Notes: generated by a model from the sequence alone, not told the origin. A stretch of DNA of 41,204 nt from Methanobacteriota archaeon (GCA_043823295.1 JBDRAY010000067.1:1-41204), one strand, 5' to 3'. Counted from the stretch's first letter, positions 9,009-20,332 are shown. Numbers and translations are program-made.

Positions 9009-9651
9009 GAAAGAAGTAGATTCCTTAATAGATGGGGGAAACGCATCCGCCGGCCCGCCACTCGGACCATCATTGGGTATGCTAGGCGTTAACGCAGGTC
9101 AAGTCATAGCCGCTATAAACGAGAAGACCAAGGATTTCGAGGGAATGAAGGTTCCGGTAAAGATCATTGTAGACGAGCAGACCAAAGAGTTTGAGATAAA
9201 GGTCGGAAGCCCACCTACTTCAGCATTGATAAAAAAGGAGTTGGGGATTGAAAAAGGAACCGGTGACGGCAGCACTGTCGCGAACATGACTTTCCAACAA
9301 CTCATCAAAATCTCGAAAAACAAGAAGGATTCACTCCTTGCAAACGACCTTAAGGCTGCGGTAAAAGAGGTTGTCGGAGTCTGCCAGACCATGGGAATAA
9401 CCGTTGAAGGCAGAAAATCCAAGGAGCTTACTCAAGAGATTTCAGAAGGCTTGTGGGATGACGTGATTTCCGGCAAGAACGAAGCACTCCCTGATCGAGT
9501 CCACGAGGATGAATTCAAGGCTGACGAATCCAAACTAGTTGTGGAAGACGTAGAAGAAGCACCCGAGGAAGAAGTTTCCGAGGAAGGTGAGAAACCAGCT
9601 GGGGAAGAAGGCAAAGACGAGTCTGAAACTAAGGAAGAAAAGAAGAAGTAA
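9001..9651 (+). CDS. rpl11: 50S ribosomal protein L11 (uL11) with acidic C-terminal extension
   Basis: GGNASAGPPLGPSLG, KVGSPPTSALIKKELG; GTG start at 9001 overlaps the spt5 stop. Confidence 0.95.
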   Translation: MSKKEVDSLIDGGNASAGPPLGPSLGMLGVNAGQVIAAINEKTKDFEGMKVPVKIIVDEQTKEFEIKVGSPPTSALIKKELGIEKGTGDGSTVANMTFQQLIKISKNKKDSLLANDLKAAVKEVVGVCQTMGITVEGRKSKELTQEISEGLWDDVISGKNEALPDRVHEDEFKADESKLVVEDVEEAPEEEVSEEGEKPAGEEGKDESETKEEKKK

Positions 9652-9678
9652 ATTTTTTTCTTCTTCAATTCTTTTTTA

Positions 9679-9966
9679 TTAATCTATCTCAACTTCTATT
9701 CCGCCCACGCGCTTGGAAATAATGTTGTATACTACTGCGATCAGCCAGCCGAGTATAAAGCCCAATATCCCGTAGATAATCGGGATGAACACTATTGCCC
9801 CAATACCTATTCCCGCTGGAACCAGTGCCCACTTAGACCCCGACAATATCCCACCTAAAAGCGCGAAAACTGTGAAAATCACGCCCGGAATCAAGCCGAA
9901 CACCGCATACACTGCTCCAAGCGTCTTTCCGACGGAAACCGCCCCAAAACGCTTAACCTTTGGCAT
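9679..9966 (-). CDS. Small two-TM membrane protein (DUF3566-like)
   Basis: Hydrophobic hairpin with C-terminal YNIISKRVGGIEVE pattern. Confidence 0.7.
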   Translation of the reverse strand: MPKVKRFGAVSVGKTLGAVYAVFGLIPGVIFTVFALLGGILSGSKWALVPAGIGIGAIVFIPIIYGILGFILGWLIAVVYNIISKRVGGIEVEID

Positions 9967-10053
9967 GTAATCTAGTTCGAGTAGGAAAATAAAAAATAAA
10001 ATGAGGGGGGTGATTCAAACCCCGTAAAATCGAGGTTAAAAAAAATAATAATG

Positions 10054-12060
<2,007 letters not shown>

Positions 12061-12248
12061 AAATCATCCCTCTGGTTTATCTGATAGGATATATAATATC
12101 GACTTTGAGCTTAAAAAATAGATGATTGTATCGATTTTGATAGTATTTTTTTGATTTAAATATACTTATTGATATAATTTATCATTTACATGTCAGTATA
12201 CGCAAGATATAGTGGATGTGATATCAAAATATTTGAAGAGAAGTTACA

Positions 12249-12758
12249 ATGAAGTTGGATAAAAACGAAGCTAAAGTGCTTGAAATACTCTTGGAGAGGG
12301 GAAACGCCACGAACCATAAGATTTCAGTGGAGATAGGGATACACCATCAAACAGTCAGTAAAATAAGAAAGAAACTGGAGAATAAACTTGGGTTGAAATA
12401 TACTGTAGAGTTCGACTTCGATAAAATCGGCATAACTTCGATGTACCACATCTACACAAAAATCTATACGCGAGGAAAAACAGAGAAACAACGGCAGAGG
12501 GCTCGGAAATACTTTGATGAAAGACACGTGTTTGTAGGTTACGGTGCAGTATCCCACGCCATATGGGATGGGTACGTGGTTTTAACCTGCAAAGACCATG
12601 AATTCGACAAAATCCTTAGAGACTACAAGGAAGTGTTAGGAGGAGACATAGAAGACATTACGGTGATAAAACACACATACAACATAGGAAAGCACTTGAA
12701 ACTACAAGATGGTTTGAGACAATACATCAAAGAAGATATAGGACAACAGATATCCTAA
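12249..12758 (+). CDS. Winged-HTH transcriptional regulator (Lrp/AsnC-like)
   Basis: N-terminal HTH (KISVEIGIHHQTVSKIRKKLE), linker YTVEFDFDKIG; divergent from acs. Confidence 0.75.
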   Translation: MKLDKNEAKVLEILLERGNATNHKISVEIGIHHQTVSKIRKKLENKLGLKYTVEFDFDKIGITSMYHIYTKIYTRGKTEKQRQRARKYFDERHVFVGYGAVSHAIWDGYVVLTCKDHEFDKILRDYKEVLGGDIEDITVIKHTYNIGKHLKLQDGLRQYIKEDIGQQIS

Positions 12759-13049
12759 ACGAGTGTTGATTGATTATTTATCTTCAGGTTTCGGCTTTTC
12801 ATCAGCCGGAGCATCATTTTCTGGTTCTTTTTTTGCTTCTACTGTGAGTGGTTTCTCTTCGGGCTTGCCTTCTTCTTCCACTGGCTTTTCTTCCTTCTTT
12901 TCCTCGGCTGGTTTCTCTTTTTCCTTTTTATCCTCGGAAGCTTCTGGTTTCTTCTCTTCTTCCTTCTTCTCAGAGGTAGGCTCTTGGTTTTCCTTCTCAC
13001 CTGCTTCAGGTTCCTCGGAAACCGCACCTTCAGATTCCTCAGGTTTTTC

Positions 13050-14015
13050 CTACTTGGGCTCAGGCTCTTCTCCCTTGGGCTCAGCCTTATCCTCTTTGGG
13101 CTTGGGCTCTTCTTGCTTAGACTCAGTCTTCTCGCCCTTAGCTTCGGGCTCTTCCTTTGATTCTTCCGTTTTGGCCTCAGGTGCATCCTCGGGAATATGA
13201 GTTTTTAGAGCGCTCGCCTCAGAGTTTGCCTTGGATACCATAAACTCTAAAGTTTCTTTGGTTATGATGTGTGCATTGAATGCGAGGTTTACGGCCTTTA
13301 CGTATGAGTCTCGGATAATGTGTGGTAGTGTGGTCGAATTTACAATACCTGCATAAATCGACAAATTGAGCGCGTTATTGTATGCTGTGACAATCTTTTG
13401 CCTTGTCTGCTCGACGTCGACGTGAAGGACGTCACCAGGGTAGACTACGCCGTCTTCGAGCGCTGCGAAAAGATTCAAGCCCACCTCAAAAGGCTCCAAG
13501 CCAAAGCGGGTGAGTACGGCAGCAAGCCCTGGGGACACTGCTTCCCCGGCTTGGACTACGATTGAATCCCGCATGACCACGATTTTACCGCCCTCGATCT
13601 TGGCTTTAATGCCAACAGCCTGAAGGTCTCCGATTATGGGACCTGGGGCAAAAGGAGTATCCCCCTTGGGGATTACAATGTCTACCGGCGCGATCGAGCC
13701 TGCCCTTGCAGGCGCACTCGTCTTGTTTTGAAATAAGAGTTTTTCGAGTTTGAAAGGTGATAATTCAGTGATTACGACTGCTGAAGGCCCTTGCAGGTAG
13801 TTGCCGATTTCTTCGTTCACCTTGGCTTTTGAAAGAGCGTGTTTTATGATGTTGTTTCGTGCTACTTGGATTTCGATTTGGTCTTTGAGGTTCTTTCTCA
13901 TCCTCTGCATTTGTTTCGCAGGGATTCCCTCAATTCCCACAACTCCTACGACTTTCGCCTTTGAAAGCTTTTTCGCTATTTCATCGACCTGATTCTTCTT
14001 CCAAGGAGCTACCAT
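13050..14015 (-). CDS. rpl10: 50S ribosomal protein L10/P0 (uL10); frame stays open past the TAG to a TAA at 12774
   Basis: VAPWKK, IPAKQMQRMR, APARAGSIAP.DIVIPKGDTPFAPGP; follows and overlaps rpl1. Confidence 0.95.
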   Translation of the reverse strand: MVAPWKKNQVDEIAKKLSKAKVVGVVGIEGIPAKQMQRMRKNLKDQIEIQVARNNIIKHALSKAKVNEEIGNYLQGPSAVVITELSPFKLEKLLFQNKTSAPARAGSIAPVDIVIPKGDTPFAPGPIIGDLQAVGIKAKIEGGKIVVMRDSIVVQAGEAVSPGLAAVLTRFGLEPFEVGLNLFAALEDGVVYPGDVLHVDVEQTRQKIVTAYNNALNLSIYAGIVNSTTLPHIIRDSYVKAVNLAFNAHIITKETLEFMVSKANSEASALKTHIPEDAPEAKTEESKEEPEAKGEKTESKQEEPKPKEDKAEPKGEEPEPK

Positions 14016-14641
14016 AGTTTGATTGCCTCCCCCATTGTTGTTTTCGCGTGGACTGACTTGATTTTTTCTTTCGGGATTTGACGCTCGATTGTGTTGTATA
14101 CTGCCATGATGTTTTCGAACAGGTCTTCAGGGCTCATTGATTCCACTCCGACGGGGATGTGTATTGTCGGGCTTTTCTTTGATCTTAGTCGCACGCTGTC
14201 TTTCAGCCGCGTTATGACACCTTCAAGGTCTGCGTTCGGAGGTACTGGTTGAGGCATTTTCGATCGAGAACCCAAGACGATTCCCCATGTTTTTCCGATT
14301 GTTGTCATAAGGTCGGGTTGCGCGATGAAGGAGTAGCATTCCTGGGCTATTTTCCTCATTTTCCGCCTGTTTTTAGATATGTCTTCGACTTGGGCTTTCT
14401 CGTATACGTGTTTTGAGAGTTTTTTCGCTCGGACTGCCATGTCTCCTTCGGCGAATACGCCGATCTCGACGTCTTTACCCCTTCCTTTGGGGAGGAAGAC
14501 TGTTGTGTTAAGCTTGTATTGGGTTGACTCCATGTCCACGTCTGTGAAGGTGAAGCTTGCTTCCACTGTTTGTGTGAACTTGCGCTTCTTGGACTTGGAT
14601 AACGCTTCCGTTATGTTTGCAATTATTTCCTTTTTTTCCAT
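14009..14641 (-). CDS. rpl1: 50S ribosomal protein L1 (uL1)
   Basis: SKKRKFTQTVE, LPKGRGK, KMPQPVPP, KTTMG. Confidence 0.95.
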   Translation of the reverse strand: MEKKEIIANITEALSKSKKRKFTQTVEASFTFTDVDMESTQYKLNTTVFLPKGRGKDVEIGVFAEGDMAVRAKKLSKHVYEKAQVEDISKNRRKMRKIAQECYSFIAQPDLMTTIGKTWGIVLGSRSKMPQPVPPNADLEGVITRLKDSVRLRSKKSPTIHIPVGVESMSPEDLFENIMAVYNTIERQIPKEKIKSVHAKTTMGEAIKLW

Positions 14642-14646
14642 TTAAT

Positions 14647-14680
14647 CCCTCCTACACGACTAGTCGAGTAGTGTAACGGG
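14647..14680 (-). promoter_or_regulatory. Putative uL1 autoregulatory RNA site overlapping the Shine-Dalgarno
   Basis: mRNA CCC-GUUACA-CUAC-U-CGACUAGUCG-U-GUAG-GA-GGG-AUUAA-AUG: two helices around a GA versus 6-nt asymmetric loop, containing GGAGG. Confidence 0.65.
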
Positions 14681-14704
14681 TGAAGTATTATATGGTAGGT
14701 TAGT

Positions 14705-15658
14705 CTATAAAAATGCGCTTGTTATGGCGTTAAATATGTATCCGACAAGAATTATGCCCCCACCCACAATTGCAAAAAATACTATGATTAGTTGGGTCTT
14801 CATAACCCTTTTGAGTATGACTGCTTCGGGGAGGCTTAAGGCTGCCGTAGCCATCATGAATGCGAGGGCTGTTCCAAGAGGAACCCCTTTTTCAAACAAT
14901 ACTACTGCTATGGGCACTACTGCACTGCAGTTTGCGTAAATTGGAATTCCCAGAATTGCTGCGAGAGGAACTGAAAAGAATCCTGTCTTCTCAAGAATTC
15001 CGTGGATTGCCTCCTCAGGAATGAAGCCATGTATGATTGCCCCTATTCCAACACCAAGGACAACCCAAAACCAAAGTTTTCTTACTATGAGAAAGGCCTG
15101 CTCACGACCGTATTCTAGTCTTTCACTAAACTGCCAATCCCCCTCTTCTTCGAAATCGTCGGAGGCTTTGAAATCCTTTCGAATGAATCTTCCTAGATTG
15201 AACTTTTCGATTAAAACACCTGACAAGACTCCGATCATAAGTCCAAAGAGGATGTATGCAGCAGTAATCTTTAATCCGAAAAATCCGAGCATGAGAACCA
15301 CCAGATACTCGTTTATCATAGGCGATGTTACGAGGAAGCTGAATGCGGGTCCGGGGGATACTCCAGCTTTCAGAAGGCTCATAAAGATGGGGATTGACGA
15401 GCACGAGCAAAATGGTGTGATTGCCCCGAATAGTGATGCTATTGCGTAGCTTGCTCCCTTCTTCTTTGAGAGTAGTTTTTGGATTTTCTTGTAGCTTATG
15501 TAGGTTCGAACGATTCCAATCAAACCTATCATGAAAAAGAGGAGGAGGAGGATTTTTACGGTATCGTAGATGAAAAAATTAAGGGTTTGGGCGAGCCTTG
15601 AACTTGGTTCCAATTTGAATGCGTAAGTGATGAGAAAGCTTATTGTTTTTTCAATCAT
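14705..15658 (-). CDS. DUF318/ArsP-family permease
   Basis: TPFCSCSSIP, FLVTSPMINE, GTALAFMMATAALSLPE; ATG start at MIEKTIS. Confidence 0.85.
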   Translation of the reverse strand: MIEKTISFLITYAFKLEPSSRLAQTLNFFIYDTVKILLLLFFMIGLIGIVRTYISYKKIQKLLSKKKGASYAIASLFGAITPFCSCSSIPIFMSLLKAGVSPGPAFSFLVTSPMINEYLVVLMLGFFGLKITAAYILFGLMIGVLSGVLIEKFNLGRFIRKDFKASDDFEEEGDWQFSERLEYGREQAFLIVRKLWFWVVLGVGIGAIIHGFIPEEAIHGILEKTGFFSVPLAAILGIPIYANCSAVVPIAVVLFEKGVPLGTALAFMMATAALSLPEAVILKRVMKTQLIIVFFAIVGGGIILVGYIFNAITSAFL

Positions 15659-15665
15659 TTTTTTT

Positions 15666-15926
15666 TTAGATGTAGATTTCAGGTCCCTCCGTTTTGAGAG
15701 GTTCAATTTGTTTCGCAATCGTGTATGCGTCGACTGCGGCCCAAATGCTTATGAATATGTTTAAGATGAATCCTATTTCCCGTGCATAAAAATATGCGTA
15801 GTATGTTGTTAAAGCCTCCAATGCCAGGAAGAAGACTCCTTTTGGGAACCGGTCTATGTAGAAGTGTCCGAATCCCGCGATGATAACCGAGAAAAATGCG
15901 GCTAAAATAGGATTCTTTTTACCCAT
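15666..15926 (-). CDS. Small TM2-like membrane protein
   Basis: KKNPILAAFFS.IIAGFGHFY..R..KG motif. Confidence 0.75.
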   Translation of the reverse strand: MGKKNPILAAFFSVIIAGFGHFYIDRFPKGVFFLALEALTTYYAYFYAREIGFILNIFISIWAAVDAYTIAKQIEPLKTEGPEIYI

Positions 15927-15967
15927 GACTAAATACATAATCCGTAAGTTAATAAAAAAACTCTGGA

Positions 15968-16780
15968 ATGGAAATAAAACTCGACACTCGGAAAACAGTC
16001 GTTGAAAACGCGCAAGACTACTACAGAAGAGCCAAGAAGGCGAAAGCCAAAATCCCGGGGATAGAAGAGTCGATAGCCAAGACAAAACATGAGATAACGC
16101 GTATTTCTGAGAAAATCCGGATAGAGGAGGAGAAACAAAAACTTCCCGAGAAAAAGCCCGTGAAAACACACTGGTACGAAAAGTTCCGGTGGTTTACAAG
16201 CTCTGACGGATTTCTCGTAGTGGGTGGGAGAGATGCGACTTCAAACGAGATTTTAATAAAAAAACACGTCGAAAAAAATGATGTTGTATTCCACGCGGAA
16301 ATCACGGGAGCCCCTTTTTTCGTCGTTAAGAATCCGGAAGGAAAACTGATTCCCGAAGAAACATTGGTTGAGGCAGCCCATGCTTCAGCGTCCTATTCAA
16401 GCGGGTGGGGTAAGGGCGTAGGTTCCCTGGACGTTTACCAGGTTTCACCAGATCAAGTTTCCAAGACTCCTGAAAGCGGTGAATACTTGGCTAAGGGCGC
16501 CTTCGTAATACGGGGTAGGAGGGAGTGGTTTCGAAATACAGTTTTGAAGCTTGCAGTCGGATTCGACGAGGGTGAAGGAAGAATTGTTGGAGGGCCGGTT
16601 TCTGCCGTCGAGGCAAAGTGTAAGAATTTTCCAGTTATTGTACCGGGAGGTAAGAAGCAGGCTGAGGCTGCCCTGGAAGTTAAAAAGTTACTTCAATGGA
16701 AGATTGGCAAGGAAGTAGAGCTTTCTTTGCCGGAAATACAGTATTTCATTCCGGGAGGCAGAACCAAGGTTATTAAATAG
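15968..16780 (+). CDS. NFACT RNA-binding domain protein (short Rqc2/RqcH-like)
   Basis: ENAQDYY..AKK, WYEKFRWF.SSDGFLVVGGRDA..NE, QVSKTPESGEYLAKGAFVIRG; no NFACT-N domain. Confidence 0.88.
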   Translation: MEIKLDTRKTVVENAQDYYRRAKKAKAKIPGIEESIAKTKHEITRISEKIRIEEEKQKLPEKKPVKTHWYEKFRWFTSSDGFLVVGGRDATSNEILIKKHVEKNDVVFHAEITGAPFFVVKNPEGKLIPEETLVEAAHASASYSSGWGKGVGSLDVYQVSPDQVSKTPESGEYLAKGAFVIRGRREWFRNTVLKLAVGFDEGEGRIVGGPVSAVEAKCKNFPVIVPGGKKQAEAALEVKKLLQWKIGKEVELSLPEIQYFIPGGRTKVIK

Positions 16781-16814
16781 GTTTCTCGTGAAATAGTTAT
16801 CACGAGGGTCCAGT

Positions 16815-17006
16815 ATGCCACTTCTTTACAAGATGATTCAGAAGGAGGAGTGCCTCTCCCGTTGGATTGAGGGGAAGATTACTGGTTTCAATGGAAATCA
16901 CACTTGGAATTTCCACAGGATCCCGCACGTCATGTTGAACGGGACTTTAATCGGGTCTTTCGCGGCTATTATATTGATTTTCATGGTGTTATTGAGGATA
17001 CTATGA
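16815..17006 (+). CDS. Possible small membrane protein
   Basis: 63 aa with a C-terminal hydrophobic stretch; ATGA overlap with the next gene. Confidence 0.4.
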   Translation: MPLLYKMIQKEECLSRWIEGKITGFNGNHTWNFHRIPHVMLNGTLIGSFAAIILIFMVLLRIL

Positions 17007-17620
17007 GGTTAAGCCTTCTATTTCTAGTTCTCCTTTTAGTTTCAGGTGGGTGCATTGGAAAAACAGATTGTGTTCTGGTAAACAAGACTGTGAACTTGAC
17101 TGAAGTGTCATTTGAGCGGATCCCGAGAACCGTGTCTGAACGCTACGTTGGGATGGAACCGTACTTGGACAAGAGAGTAAGGAAAATCCCTTTAGACTAT
17201 AAAGTGGTTCATAGTGCAAGGATTACGAAAGAGCATTTGAGTGACGAGTACGGGTATTGGATTGAATACGGCAGGCTTGACCAGGATTTGAATGGTACTG
17301 TAATATTCAGGCTTGAAAATAATGACTCTGTGAATGGTTCTTTTACGATAAACTTGACTTTGATTCGGGGTAACAGTAACTTCACTAAAAGCGTTACGAA
17401 GAATATCTCATCGAATAGTTCCGAGGACTATGCATTCAATTTCGATTTGGTTCGGGGTAGGGATTGGACTTACAGGTTCCAGGTTATTCCATCGACAAGA
17501 GACGTTGAAGTCAGCACGCTTGAATACAGGGACGTTGATGAAAACCGCAATAAAACGGTGTATGAAGTTGTGAGGCTGGAAGTGGTAAAGGCTGTAGTCC
17601 GCCAGGTTGAAGTCTGCTAG
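17003..17620 (+). CDS. Putative lipoprotein/secreted protein
   Basis: MRLSLLFLVLLLVSGGCIG lipobox-like signal; many N-x-S/T sequons. Confidence 0.75.
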   Translation: MRLSLLFLVLLLVSGGCIGKTDCVLVNKTVNLTEVSFERIPRTVSERYVGMEPYLDKRVRKIPLDYKVVHSARITKEHLSDEYGYWIEYGRLDQDLNGTVIFRLENNDSVNGSFTINLTLIRGNSNFTKSVTKNISSNSSEDYAFNFDLVRGRDWTYRFQVIPSTRDVEVSTLEYRDVDENRNKTVYEVVRLEVVKAVVRQVEVC

Positions 17621-17623
17621 GTT

Positions 17624-18679
17624 TTATTTTATGAAAAAAGCTTTCTTGTTTTTCAATCCCACAATGAGCATTAGAAAGAGGAGTATTGCAGCTCCCACAG
17701 ACTTGTGGACTGAGTCCGATAAGATCAATACAGTCAAGTAGATTATTAGGGATAATATGACGGCTGTGAACCGCTGAATTAACCCTAATTTTAGAAATCC
17801 TTCGAAGACTAATACGAAGGGAATAGAGCATAATAGTACCGTGATTGAGTAGGATAGGATTAATATTATCGCACTTAAAGTTAGGAGTGCTATTTCCTGG
17901 ACTTCAAATCCGAATACGTTTACCGTGCTCTCTGAGATGATTATCATGCAGTATGCGAGTATTGCGAAAAAGATGGCACTTACCGGATGCTTGAATAGCG
18001 AGTGGAAGAAAATCTTTATGTCTTTTGTGCTTGGCGCTGATCCTATCGCGAAGCAGAACTGGAGGTATAGGGGTATCCAGAGTATTGGTTGCGGTAGTAC
18101 TGTGAAGAATATTTTTCCGAGGTATTCTATTGAAAGGTTTGCGAGTGTGTAATATATTTCTGTGAACGAGCTTACGTCTATTATTGAGAGGTCTGGCATC
18201 TCTCCCTGGGTTATGAAGTAGTTGAGTGTGAGGACGATAAGTCCGCATCCGATGAAGGGGGAGAATCCGATTATCAGGTTTCGAAGGACTATCCACTTGT
18301 CTTTGGGTTGGGTGTATCCCACAAATCCTAGAAGCCCTGTCCGGGGATTATGTTTGAATAATTGAACCTCGGTTATGTAGCAGCCGGTGAATACTGCTGA
18401 TATTAGATGTGACATTTCGTGCAGTATTGTCCCGGGGGCTATGACGAGGCTGAACCATCTGCGGGTCAACTCCATTTCGTTTGAAAGGTAGATCATTAAG
18501 TAGTCGTTTAGAAAGATTTGGATGAGAAAAAGAAGGGGTATCACCGTCAAATGATTTCGTATCGCGTATCCGTCGAGGGCCTTGAACGTTGAGTAGGATA
18601 GGATTAAAAATAGGATTATGATTGGAAGCCTCGTTGAAAGGATTAATTGAAAGGTTTTCAGGAATCCTTTAGCCTTCAT
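17624..18679 (-). CDS. Membrane zinc metalloprotease-like protein (M50-like)
   Basis: PGTILHEMSH (HEXXH), APSTKD, multiple TM segments. Confidence 0.75.
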   Translation of the reverse strand: MKAKGFLKTFQLILSTRLPIIILFLILSYSTFKALDGYAIRNHLTVIPLLFLIQIFLNDYLMIYLSNEMELTRRWFSLVIAPGTILHEMSHLISAVFTGCYITEVQLFKHNPRTGLLGFVGYTQPKDKWIVLRNLIIGFSPFIGCGLIVLTLNYFITQGEMPDLSIIDVSSFTEIYYTLANLSIEYLGKIFFTVLPQPILWIPLYLQFCFAIGSAPSTKDIKIFFHSLFKHPVSAIFFAILAYCMIIISESTVNVFGFEVQEIALLTLSAIILILSYSITVLLCSIPFVLVFEGFLKLGLIQRFTAVILSLIIYLTVLILSDSVHKSVGAAILLFLMLIVGLKNKKAFFIK

Positions 18680-18714
18680 AGGGTAATATTAATGTTTCCG
18701 ACAAAAAACTAACG

Positions 18715-19812
18715 ATGACCAGTCTCGAAGAGAAGATAAAGGAAATCGAGGATGAGATAGAAAAAACCCCCTACAATAAGGCTTCGCAGCACCACATCGG
18801 AAAGCTTAAGGCCAAGCTTTCAAAGCTTCGGGAAGAGCATTTGAAGCGCACTTCAAAGGGGGGTAGGGGTTACGGGTTCGGACTGAAGAAGGAAGGGCAT
18901 GCCACAGTGGTCATCATGGGTTTTCCTTCAGTTGGAAAGTCTACTCTTCTAAACAAGCTTACGAATGCCGATTCGCCTGTAGGAACCTACGACTTCACAA
19001 CACTTGACGTGATCCCGGGGATGATGGAGTATAAGGGGGTGAACTTTCAGCTACTGGATGTTCCTGGAATAATCGGGGGTGCCGCCAAAGGCAAGGGTCG
19101 TGGCAAGGAGGTCTTGGCAGTTGCTCGAATCGCAGATCTTATAGTCCTTCTCGTCGACGCGCGAAAGATGGGGCAGGTAAAAGACATAGTAGACGAGCTT
19201 GAAGGCGTAGGAGTTCGATTGAACAAGAAACCTGTGAAAATCTCGATTCGAAGAACCAAGGGAGGTGGGATACACATTCTATCCCGGATTAAGCTTGCGA
19301 AAATAGACGAACAGACCGCGCGTTCCGTCGCAAACGCTTATGGGATTCACAACGCCGAGATAAGCGTTGGCGAGGATGTGAGCGTTGACGAGCTCATCGA
19401 CGCCTTCAATGGGAACAGGATTTACATTCCGCTTCTCGTCGCCGTCAACAAGATCGATTTGGTTGGTGGTAAGGAGCTTGGGAAAGTTCGGTTGGTTTCG
19501 CCGGACTGTATTTTGATTTCCGCCGAAGGCGAGGTCGGATTAAGCGAGCTTCGCGACACAATCTTTAGAACGCTCGGTTTCATGCGAGTTTACATGAAGC
19601 CTCAGGGCGAGAAAGCGGATCTTGTGGAGCCGCTCATCCTTGAGGCGGGCTCTTCAATCCGCGACTTGTGCGGAAGCCTTCACAAGGAGTTTCTAAGCAA
19701 ATTCAGGTACGGAGTAGTCTGGGGGAAGTCGGTGAAACACGAAGGCCAGAGGGTGGGTTTAAACCACAAGTTAAAAGACGGGGACATAGTCTCGATCATC
19801 AAGAAACTGTGA
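18715..19812 (+). CDS. DRG/OBG-family GTP-binding protein with TGS domain
   Basis: GFPSVGKST, YDFTT, DVPG, NKID, C-terminal WGKSVKHEGQRVG.NH.LKDGD. Confidence 0.93.
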   Translation: MTSLEEKIKEIEDEIEKTPYNKASQHHIGKLKAKLSKLREEHLKRTSKGGRGYGFGLKKEGHATVVIMGFPSVGKSTLLNKLTNADSPVGTYDFTTLDVIPGMMEYKGVNFQLLDVPGIIGGAAKGKGRGKEVLAVARIADLIVLLVDARKMGQVKDIVDELEGVGVRLNKKPVKISIRRTKGGGIHILSRIKLAKIDEQTARSVANAYGIHNAEISVGEDVSVDELIDAFNGNRIYIPLLVAVNKIDLVGGKELGKVRLVSPDCILISAEGEVGLSELRDTIFRTLGFMRVYMKPQGEKADLVEPLILEAGSSIRDLCGSLHKEFLSKFRYGVVWGKSVKHEGQRVGLNHKLKDGDIVSIIKKL

Positions 19813-19840
19813 TATTTTATTTGGTAACTCCCAAAATATT

Positions 19841-20332
19841 ATGGAGTATAGAGTGCACAAAACGAGAACACGACTTTCAGGGAAGGAGAAGGCGGCAGTA
19901 CGCGCTCTCACAGACTTTATTGACGCGCGCACGATAATCGCAGGGGACGAGGGGACGCTCACGGAGCAACATAAAACCGCGAACACCCAGATTCAGGCGA
20001 CTTTCCCAATGCTTTTAGGCGAGACCGCGACAAGAGATGGTTTGAAGGAATTCGTATCCGAAGCTCCAGACCAGGTGAAATTAACGCTCGTAAACGCGTT
20101 AAAAGACATCCAGGACGGGGGAGAGGAGGGATTCCAGGAGACCATGGAAAGAGCCAATGAGATTCGTGCCGGAAATCCCGGGCTGGATCCCAAGACAACG
20201 GTAGAAATCCCTGGATTTTCACGGATGATAATACTCAAGAAAATCCACACGTCGGCTGGAGGAAACCCAGACGACTTTTTACCCGGAGTAATAACGGTTG
20301 ATAAAGTTTTGGGTTCCCAGAATATCCTTTGA
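19841..20332 (+). CDS. Hypothetical protein
   Basis: 163-aa ATG ORF filling the gap; no recognised motif. Confidence 0.65.
   Translation: MEYRVHKTRTRLSGKEKAAVRALTDFIDARTIIAGDEGTLTEQHKTANTQIQATFPMLLGETATRDGLKEFVSEAPDQVKLTLVNALKDIQDGGEEGFQETMERANEIRAGNPGLDPKTTVEIPGFSRMIILKKIHTSAGGNPDDFLPGVITVDKVLGSQNIL

Noticed and set aside
10006-10023. GGGG-TGATTCAAA-CCCC T-arm-like hairpin
   Set aside because: Only 4 bp with no other tRNA elements; lies beside T-runs downstream of acs, so probably terminator context
12763-13200. Ser/Phe-rich plus-strand ORF (also 9432-9668) and the basic ORF 12839-13186
   Set aside because: Antisense or off-frame shadows of the low-complexity Glu/Lys tails of rpl10 and rpl11
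15657-15668. Phase-variable homopolymer (also 39422-39431)
   Set aside because: These are intergenic A-runs between a stop and the next ATG, so slippage would not shift a reading frame
16785-16806. CTCGTGA/TCACGAG inverted repeat after the NFACT gene
   Set aside because: A single short hairpin after a stop codon, consistent with an ordinary terminator or processing site
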